A stretch of 64,000 nt of DNA from Candidatus Hydrogenedens sp. (GTDB taxonomy: Bacteria > Hydrogenedentota > Hydrogenedentia > Hydrogenedentales > Hydrogenedentaceae). The notes under the pieces were generated by a model that was not told the DNA's origin, made no database searches, and worked only from the letters and a program-made list of their open reading frames with translations. Each line of letters begins with the position of its first letter. Position 1 is the first letter of the stretch. The stretch is taken from assembly GCA_035378955.1 (NCBI GenBank), contig DAOSUS010000008.1, forward strand, positions 6,668 through 70,667, read 5' to 3'. Shown here one piece after another: positions 30,500-37,759 of the stretch. The translations under genes were made by a program, and so were the position numbers.

Positions 30500-30868
30500 C
30501 TATTTTTGAATTTTTTCTTTAATTACTTCCGTCATCTGTTGAACCAACTCATCGGTAACAATTGTTTTCCCTTTTTCTACGCCTAAATCTGTTATTACAA
30601 TATGTTCAAAGGGTATTTCTCTCTTCTCAAATATTTTCTTCCCACAGGCAACAGAGCAACCATCTATTACCACATTCTTGTTTGCTGCTAATGCAGACTG
30701 TATAAAACCAGATGCATCAGATGCAACGCCTGAAAGACACGAACCACGACAAACTTTTTCTCTTACTAAATTTCTCATAACTCGGTCTGCTATCAGCCCC
30801 GTATTTGCGACACCAGAACAAGAGTAAATAAGAGTAACACCTTCTTCATTAGAACAATTACATTGCAT
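30500..30868 (-). CDS. DGC-domain putative zinc-binding protein
   Basis: Conserved D-G-C motif (VIDGCSVACG) plus additional Cys pairs. It is the first gene of the MarR-RND operon. Confidence 0.5.
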   Translation of the reverse strand: MQCNCSNEEGVTLIYSCSGVANTGLIADRVMRNLVREKVCRGSCLSGVASDASGFIQSALAANKNVVIDGCSVACGKKIFEKREIPFEHIVITDLGVEKGKTIVTDELVQQMTEVIKEKIQK

Positions 30869-31071
30869 AAACTCAATCCTTATAGTAATAGTTTTTTAAT
30901 TATTTTACCATAAAATAATTTAATAATCAAATTATTTTTTTTATTTATTATTTAATTATTAAAATATTTTATATTCTTATTAATAAAACACCAAAAATAA
31001 AAGGAAAGTTCCCTTCATGTGGTTTTTATCGTTATAATATAAACTAAAGTAAATAACTATCTTTGATTAAA

Positions 31072-32049
31072 ATGACTGCATTAGTAAAATGTGAACTTTG
31101 TCCGCGTTATTGTATTCTTGACAATGGTCAAAAAGGCGAATGCCGTATCCGCGTCAATATAGAGGGGAAACTTTATACTCTTACATATGGTCATCCCTGT
31201 TCTATCCATATTGACCCTGTAGAAAAAAAACCTCTTTATCATTTTTTACCGGGAACACCTATTTTATCGCTTGCCACTGTAGGTTGTAACCTTCATTGTA
31301 AAAATTGCCAGAATTGGGAAATATCTCAGACAGAACCTTATCAATTGGAAACAGAATTTATAGAACCTGAAAAAATTTCTACATTGGCTATCCAGTATCA
31401 ATGTCCTTCCATCGCTTATACTTATACAGAGCCATTGGCTTACTATGAATATACCTACGAGTGCTGTAAAATATCCGCTGAAAAAGGCTTAAAGAATGTT
31501 CTTGTAACCGCAGGATATATTAACGAAGAACCTTATAAAAGATTATTACCTCTTGTCCATTCTGCAAATATAGATTTAAAAGGCTTTTCAGAGGAATTTT
31601 ACAGGACGGTATGCGATGGAACTTTAAAGCCTGTATTAAAAACTTTGGAACTAACTAAAAATGCGGGCGTTGAATTAGAAGTTACAAATTTAGTTATTCC
31701 TACAATGAACGATAAAGATGAAGATTTTCAAAAACTATGCGAATGGGTAGTAAGTAATTTAGGAAAAGACACCCCATTACATTTCTCCCAATTCTATCCT
31801 CGTTACAAAATGACACATTTACCCCCAACACCTTTAGAAACCCTTCTGAAAGCGCGTCAAATTGCCTTAAATGTAGGTTTGCAATTTGTGTATATTGGGA
31901 ATATTATTCATAGAGAAAGTTCTAATACCTATTGCCCATCATGTAAAAGTTTACTTGTTGAACGATATGGCTTCAATGTTCTTCAAAATAATATTTCACA
32001 GGGGAAATGTCCCAAATGTAACACGGAGATATACGGAATATGGCAATAA
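31072..32049 (+). CDS. AmmeMemoRadiSam system radical SAM enzyme (PFL-activase-like)
   Basis: KCELCPRYC...GECRIR N-terminal Cys cluster and the CNLHCKNCQN radical-SAM motif, with the family length and layout. The ORF track starts at a TTG at 31063; ATG at 31072 is more likely. Confidence 0.75.
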   Translation: MTALVKCELCPRYCILDNGQKGECRIRVNIEGKLYTLTYGHPCSIHIDPVEKKPLYHFLPGTPILSLATVGCNLHCKNCQNWEISQTEPYQLETEFIEPEKISTLAIQYQCPSIAYTYTEPLAYYEYTYECCKISAEKGLKNVLVTAGYINEEPYKRLLPLVHSANIDLKGFSEEFYRTVCDGTLKPVLKTLELTKNAGVELEVTNLVIPTMNDKDEDFQKLCEWVVSNLGKDTPLHFSQFYPRYKMTHLPPTPLETLLKARQIALNVGLQFVYIGNIIHRESSNTYCPSCKSLLVERYGFNVLQNNISQGKCPKCNTEIYGIWQ

Positions 32050-32231
32050 ATAGACGAAGATTTTTATCATATTTTTTAACTGCTGTAATCACGAAATATG
32101 GTGTAAAAAAGCCTTCTTTAATTCGACAGACTTATGCTATACCACTACCTAATAAGAAAGTTCTTATTCATTTTACTACCAAAAATAAAAATAATATTTT
32201 TTCACCCAAACCTTCATCATGGATAGGTTGA
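32040..32231 (+). CDS. doubtful small ORF with twin-arginine-like N-terminus (MAINRRRFLSYFLTAVIT...)
   Basis: 63-codon ORF whose ATG lies inside the last codons of the radical SAM gene. It carries an RRRFLS Tat-consensus motif. It is out of frame with the downstream Memo gene. It may be spurious or a remnant. Confidence 0.15.
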   Translation: MAINRRRFLSYFLTAVITKYGVKKPSLIRQTYAIPLPNKKVLIHFTTKNKNNIFSPKPSSWIG

Positions 32232-32271
32232 AATTTAATATAATAATAAAAGGTCAATAAGGGGATATTCG

Positions 32272-33807
32272 ATGAGAAATTATTCCTATATAATTTTATT
32301 CCTTCTATTCATTGTTGTTATTCCATTTGCATGCGGAGAAAATTCCACTTCGAATAAGGAGAAAGAAGTTGGTTCTCCAAAAGTTTATAAATCACTAATA
32401 GCCGGCCAATGGTATGACGCATCTCCTCAAAAACTTACGCAGCAGATTTCGGAAATGTTTAATAAGGCAGATATAGAACCTATAGAAAATGTAATAGGAC
32501 TTATATTACCTCATGCAGGTTATATGTATTCTGGACTAACTGCATGCAAAGGGATTAAGGCAACAGATAAATCTTTATATTCCAGAATAATTATCTTGGG
32601 AACCAGTCATAGAGCACCCTTGGAGAATATTATAAGTATTCCCTCCGTAGATTTTTATGAAACACCCTTAGGACAAATACCTATTGATGTAGAAATTATT
32701 CAGGATTTAAAAAAATTTCCGTATTTTAAAGAAGTCCCTTTGGCTCAACAGGGAGAACATAGTATTGAAATTGAGTTGCCATTACTTCAATACGTTAAAA
32801 AAGACTTTAAATTAATTCCTCTAATTTGCGGAAAATTAGATTTAGAAACTACACAAAAAATAGCACAGATATTACAAAACTACATTGATGAAAAAACATT
32901 AGTCATTGCCAGTAGCGATTTCACTCATTATGGACCGAATTATAATTACATACCTTTTAGTGAGGACATTCCTAAAAATCTTAAAAAACTGGATATGGGA
33001 GCATATCAATATATAGAAAAACGGGATGTAAAGAAGTTTTATGAATATATTGAAAAAACAGGGATTACAATTTGTGGTCCGTATGGAATTGGAGTTTTAA
33101 TGTATCTATTACCCGAAAATACTCAAGTAAATCTTGTAGAATATAAACAATCCGGTGAAATTGTAAACGATTATCAGAATTCCGTAAGTTATTTCGGGAT
33201 TGCTTTCACTGGGACATGGGAAAAGAAGGAAAGAACACCTATGAATACTTCAACAACATTAACACCTGAAGAAAAAAAAGACTTATTAAAATTAGCACGC
33301 TGGACACTTGAATATGTGTTAGAACACAACAAATTGCCATCTGATAACGAAATACCCATCAAAGTAACAGAAATAATGAAAACACCACGAGCCGCCTTTG
33401 TTACTTTGAAAATAAACGAGGACCTTCGAGGTTGTATCGGCGAAATTTTTGCAACAAAACCTATGTATAAATCTGTTCTTCAAAACGCATATAATGCAGG
33501 TTTTAAAGATCCTCGATTTTACCCTATTTCAAAAGAGGAGTTACCTAAAATTAAAATTGATATATCCCTTCTTACCCATCCCCGAAAAATAAATCATTAT
33601 AACGAGATTGAATTAGGCAAACACGGAATTATTCTTAAAAAAGGTTATTATCAGGCTTTATTCTTACCGCAGGTAGCCCCTGAACAAAATTGGAATTTGC
33701 AGCAGACATTAGAACATCTGTCCATGAAAGCAGGATTACCACCTGATGGATATAAAGAAGGTGCTGAATTTGAAGTTTTTGAAGCAGAAGTATTCCACGA
33801 AGAGTAA
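32272..33807 (+). CDS. AmmeMemoRadiSam system proteins B+A fused (Memo-like domain + AMMECR1 domain) with hydrophobic N-terminal signal/anchor
   Basis: aa 1-25 hydrophobic (IILFLLFIVVIPFAC). The Memo fold motifs are AGQWYDAS, LPHAGYMYSG and GTSH. The C-terminal AMMECR1 motifs are PRAAFVTLKINEDLRGCIGE and KDPRF. Confidence 0.7.
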   Translation: MRNYSYIILFLLFIVVIPFACGENSTSNKEKEVGSPKVYKSLIAGQWYDASPQKLTQQISEMFNKADIEPIENVIGLILPHAGYMYSGLTACKGIKATDKSLYSRIIILGTSHRAPLENIISIPSVDFYETPLGQIPIDVEIIQDLKKFPYFKEVPLAQQGEHSIEIELPLLQYVKKDFKLIPLICGKLDLETTQKIAQILQNYIDEKTLVIASSDFTHYGPNYNYIPFSEDIPKNLKKLDMGAYQYIEKRDVKKFYEYIEKTGITICGPYGIGVLMYLLPENTQVNLVEYKQSGEIVNDYQNSVSYFGIAFTGTWEKKERTPMNTSTTLTPEEKKDLLKLARWTLEYVLEHNKLPSDNEIPIKVTEIMKTPRAAFVTLKINEDLRGCIGEIFATKPMYKSVLQNAYNAGFKDPRFYPISKEELPKIKIDISLLTHPRKINHYNEIELGKHGIILKKGYYQALFLPQVAPEQNWNLQQTLEHLSMKAGLPPDGYKEGAEFEVFEAEVFHEE

Positions 33808-33809
33808 TT

Positions 33810-36800
33810 GTGAAAAAATATCTATTACCCATTTCATTAGGTTTGTTTTCAATTACTGCACAAGCATTGCTTGTGCGTGATTTCTTACATTGTATCGAAG
33901 AAAACGAACTTACATTAGGTATTCTTTACTTCTTTTGGTTTTTATGGATTATTCCCGGCTCTCTTGTTGGAAAACTTTTTTACAAATATTCCTACCTTTT
34001 TCCGATTACCTCTCTTCTCTATATTCCATCATGGTTATGGGGTCATTTTCTGGTTCGTAATTCACGATATATCTCGGATATCCCAACATATGAACTCTTT
34101 AACATCCACGACCTCTTTTTATATTCTGCAATAGCACCCGCAGGGATAAGTTTCTTTACAGGATTTTTATTTACCCATTGTGTCTTATGGTGGGAGAACA
34201 ATTTTATCCATAAAACAAGTAATTCCCAACCTTCGACAATAGTTCGTCATGTATATGCTTATGAGGCTTTAGGTGCAGTATTGGGTGGAGTTATTACCTC
34301 TATTAGTATTTTTTTGGGACTTTCTCATTGGATACCCTTTTGTATTTCCGTATGGTTTCTAATTACTTCCTCTCTATTATCATTAGATTATCCATTCTTG
34401 GAAAAAGTATTACCTATTGCTCTTCTTCCATTACTCCTACTATCAACATTCCTTCTGGAATCGTGGGAAAACAAATCCCTGTGGAATCATATTACAAAAA
34501 ATGAAAATTTTAAAGGGAAAATAATTACTCAAAAAGGGGAATATTTATACGGGTATGATAATAGCCAATTTATCCTTCTACGAAACCTCAAGCCCGTATT
34601 AAGTTTTCCAAATCAGGAATACGGTTTGCATTTACTATCTACTTTCCTTGCCCAGAAAAATGATGCAAAAAACATTCTACTTATAGGAGAACCTTTTCTT
34701 TATACATTACCCTATTTAATAAATATCAACAGTATAGAAAAAATTTTATGGATACCTTTTGACTTTGAACTATCCACAAAAATTATTCCATTATTATCTG
34801 AAAATTCTCTTTTTAATAATAAAAAACTCGTATTTCCACAAGCCGAACCCCATTCTTTTTTGAAAAATACGGACGATAGATTTGACATTATCCTTGTCTA
34901 TACAAGTGACCCACAAACTATTTCTTCTAATCAATATTTAACGGATAGTTTTTTTACTTTGCTCAAAACTCATCTTGCAGATAAAGGTATAGGAGGTATT
35001 CGAATTTCGGGGGGAGAAAATTTTTTAGGTGGTGAAATAGCCACACTTGGCGCATCCATATACTTTACTTTTCAGCAGGTATTTAAAGTTAATGCATTGA
35101 AACCCGGTAATGAAACATGGTTATTCGGCTCTTTAACTCACCCTATAAGCGAGCATATACCAACCCTTGAACAACGATTGTCCGTCATATCTCAACAAAT
35201 TTCAGAAATCAAACCCAATATTGTAAGAGACTTATATCCCGCAGATAGAATTATTTTTCAAAAAAATCGTTATGAAGAAGTAAAGAAATTTATCCATGAA
35301 GACTACTTAATTGCCACAGAGAACAAATATCTCGGCTTTTTATATAGTAATCTTTTATATCTCTGGAAACAGGGTTATTCGGGATTATTAGATAAAATTA
35401 TTACCATTAAACAAATTACCCTTTTTCTTATAATCTCATCTCCCTTATGTTTCATATTAGCCCGCGGAATATATAAACGAAAATCTATTCAGAAAGGAAA
35501 AGAAAAATATCTTTCTACTACATTAGAGACATACTTTGCTATTTTTGTTATTGGCACCATTGGCATGGGGATTACTATCCTACTACTTATACAATTTCAA
35601 TACCGTTATGGGACTCTTTCAACTTATATCGGGCTATTATCATCTATGTTTATGCTGGGACTTTCAATAAGTCCTATTATTTTTAATTTTCTGTATGCAG
35701 ACAAAAATAATAAACGACCTTTCTTTGTTCTCCTCTTTCTTGTTTCTATTTGTATTTGCTATACCCTTGTAATACTGTTTGTTTTACCTCCCTATTTTTA
35801 TACTTACCTCGCTATATTCTTTTTATGGGGGCTTACTTTATCTTTTCTTCTCTCCCTGTTCCTGAATAACTTAGATAAAGAAGCAGAAACCGCTCAAATT
35901 GCTGTAAATTTAGAGGTATGGGACCACCTCGGAGCAGGAATAGGGGCTTTTATATTCCCTATTATTCTACTTCCGATTTTAGGATTACAATATGCCATCG
36001 GATATATTCTTTTTTCTCTACTCCTAATTCTTCTATGTATTCCCCTTCTTCAAAAAATCCCCACATCCCAGTCTCCGTCATGGGGAAGAATTTATGGATA
36101 TACGCTATTCCCTATTCTTGTATTATGCTTTATCTCTACAGAGATATATTACCGTTCTACAGTTCCTTTACCCGAAGATACATTTACAAAAATCGCACAG
36201 GAATTATCTGATGGGGGAAAACTCCAACCGGAAACAACAACTCTTCCTGATAACAGGGAAATTCGTTACTATTCCGTTATAAAAAAGGATGAAAACCAGA
36301 ATGAAATTATTTCCTACATCTTTTCCACTGCCTCTCTTTTCAAGGTAATTGGATATGGTGGAGAAATAGACATTGCAGTTAAAGTATCACAGGAAGGAAT
36401 CATTGAAAATATTAAGGTCATTCAATCCAATGAAACTCCTGATTATCTATCTCTTGTTGAAAATTACTTCTTTTCATATAAAGGGAAAAATATATTCCGA
36501 CCCGAAACTATATCGGTAATAGATGCCGTTAGCGGAGCCACAACAACCTCTGATGCTGTAAAAAGAGCTGTTCAGTTTGCGGGAAAGGAATTTGCTCAGA
36601 TTATCCAGAACAATAACATAAATCGCTCGGAAACATTATTTACCTATGGGACCTCTACCCCAACAACATATTCCGTATATATCTTTCTATTATTTATTCT
36701 TCTGGCAATAATCTTTCGATTTTTCTATAAAGACTTGCTTCGAACATTATGGTTAATTTCTGTAGTAGTCATTTTAGGCTTCTGGTTAAATATTCAATAC

Positions 36801-37367
36801 GGACTTTACTCTATCGTTCAATTATTATCTGCTGACAAGTTACAATTTCATTTTACTATCTCAACCCTTTTAACCATCGGCATCCCAGTTCTTGTTCTTA
36901 TTAATGGAAATATTTACTGCGGATATTTATGTCCATTCGGGGCACTGTCGGAACTAATAAGTAAATTTAATTGGATAAATAAAAGAATAACTCCTACGAA
37001 AAAAACATGGTATACAGCCCGACAATTTAAATTTATTCTTGCCTTTTTATTTTTCTTAATATACTTTTTTATACGAAAAAATAAACTCATTAGCATTGAC
37101 CCTTTACTTTCCTTTTTCACCCTGGATATGTCAAACTATATAACAATATTTGGAATTTGTGTTTTGCTGGCAAGTCTTTTTTATAACCGTTTCTGGTGCA
37201 GGGTGCTTTGTCCCACAGGTGCTTTTTTAAGTTTAATCCAATCCTTTCGGATATTTTCATTCTTCTGGCAAAGAACTTTCCCTGCACATTGCGACCTTGG
37301 AATATCAAGAACTGAAGAAATAGACTGTATTCAATGTAATCGGTGCTACAAACATGAAAAGAAATGA
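33810..37367 (+). CDS. large chimeric membrane protein: N-terminal TM + spermidine-synthase-like (PABS) domain + polytopic TM block + FMN-binding (NosR/NqrC/RnfG-type) domain + NapH/NosR-like 4Fe-4S polyferredoxin membrane domain
   Basis: GTG start 2 nt after the Memo-AMMECR1 stop. aa ~280-480 carry a PABS-like core (FDIILVYTSDPQT, cf. SpeE FDVII.D.TDP). aa ~800-930 carry an FMN_bind motif (VSGATTTSDAVKRAV). aa ~1000-1185 carry two CxxxCP motifs (CGYLCPFGA, CRVLCPTGA) and a terminal Cx11CxxCxxC. Confidence 0.6.
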   Translation: MKKYLLPISLGLFSITAQALLVRDFLHCIEENELTLGILYFFWFLWIIPGSLVGKLFYKYSYLFPITSLLYIPSWLWGHFLVRNSRYISDIPTYELFNIHDLFLYSAIAPAGISFFTGFLFTHCVLWWENNFIHKTSNSQPSTIVRHVYAYEALGAVLGGVITSISIFLGLSHWIPFCISVWFLITSSLLSLDYPFLEKVLPIALLPLLLLSTFLLESWENKSLWNHITKNENFKGKIITQKGEYLYGYDNSQFILLRNLKPVLSFPNQEYGLHLLSTFLAQKNDAKNILLIGEPFLYTLPYLININSIEKILWIPFDFELSTKIIPLLSENSLFNNKKLVFPQAEPHSFLKNTDDRFDIILVYTSDPQTISSNQYLTDSFFTLLKTHLADKGIGGIRISGGENFLGGEIATLGASIYFTFQQVFKVNALKPGNETWLFGSLTHPISEHIPTLEQRLSVISQQISEIKPNIVRDLYPADRIIFQKNRYEEVKKFIHEDYLIATENKYLGFLYSNLLYLWKQGYSGLLDKIITIKQITLFLIISSPLCFILARGIYKRKSIQKGKEKYLSTTLETYFAIFVIGTIGMGITILLLIQFQYRYGTLSTYIGLLSSMFMLGLSISPIIFNFLYADKNNKRPFFVLLFLVSICICYTLVILFVLPPYFYTYLAIFFLWGLTLSFLLSLFLNNLDKEAETAQIAVNLEVWDHLGAGIGAFIFPIILLPILGLQYAIGYILFSLLLILLCIPLLQKIPTSQSPSWGRIYGYTLFPILVLCFISTEIYYRSTVPLPEDTFTKIAQELSDGGKLQPETTTLPDNREIRYYSVIKKDENQNEIISYIFSTASLFKVIGYGGEIDIAVKVSQEGIIENIKVIQSNETPDYLSLVENYFFSYKGKNIFRPETISVIDAVSGATTTSDAVKRAVQFAGKEFAQIIQNNNINRSETLFTYGTSTPTTYSVYIFLLFILLAIIFRFFYKDLLRTLWLISVVVILGFWLNIQYGLYSIVQLLSADKLQFHFTISTLLTIGIPVLVLINGNIYCGYLCPFGALSELISKFNWINKRITPTKKTWYTARQFKFILAFLFFLIYFFIRKNKLISIDPLLSFFTLDMSNYITIFGICVLLASLFYNRFWCRVLCPTGAFLSLIQSFRIFSFFWQRTFPAHCDLGISRTEEIDCIQCNRCYKHEKK

Positions 37368-37677
37368 TTTTATTTTTTTAACTGTTTCATTACTCTACAC
37401 CACTACTTTTATTGTTATCCTTCTTTACCATGTCTTACCTGAAAAATCATCAGCAGAATTATCTTCTATACAGACAGAAGGAACTTCAATTAAACCTACA
37501 GGAACCGCAACCGATATTGAAAAAATTAAAAGCATGATAAAAACTAACAAACTTTCAGATAAGGAAGCCCTGTTTTATAAAAAGTTGACAGAGGAAGAAA
37601 ATAATAAAAATGCAAACCCTAAAGAACATCAACAAATTCGCAAGCGATGGAGACGAGGTAGGCAAGGAGAAAATTAA
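37354..37677 (+). CDS. small membrane-anchored protein with charged C-terminal tail
   Basis: 107 aa with an N-terminal TM, then a K/E-rich tail ending RKRWRRGRQGEN. It overlaps the preceding gene by 14 nt and is probably the last gene of the operon. Confidence 0.3.
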   Translation: MKRNDFIFLTVSLLYTTTFIVILLYHVLPEKSSAELSSIQTEGTSIKPTGTATDIEKIKSMIKTNKLSDKEALFYKKLTEEENNKNANPKEHQQIRKRWRRGRQGEN

Positions 37678-37678
37678 A

Positions 37679-37698
37679 ATTTATATTTAAATATAAAT
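37679..37698. repeat. 20-bp perfect palindrome ATTTATATTTAAATATAAAT
   Basis: Seen directly in the sequence. It lies 2 nt after the stop of the 107-aa ORF and 60 nt before the acyl-CoA synthetase start. It is AT-only. Confidence 0.3.
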
Positions 37699-37759
37699 CC
37701 TTTTTAAAGATTTGTTAATATAAACCCAGTTTTCAAATACAGACATAGGAGTTGCCTTA

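Noticed and set aside
30896-30922. AT-only inverted repeat AATTATTTT-ACCAT-AAAATAATT upstream of the DGC/MarR/RND operon
   Set aside because: It could be a MarR operator, but it consists solely of A/T in a ~90% AT spacer, so chance occurrence is high. It is mentioned under the efflux-operon finding only.
31034-31039. TATAAT -10 hexamer 33 nt upstream of the AmmeMemoRadiSam radical SAM start
   Set aside because: A plausible sigma70-like -10, but no convincing -35 at the right spacing. AT-rich spacer DNA contains many such hexamers, so it is not reported as a feature.
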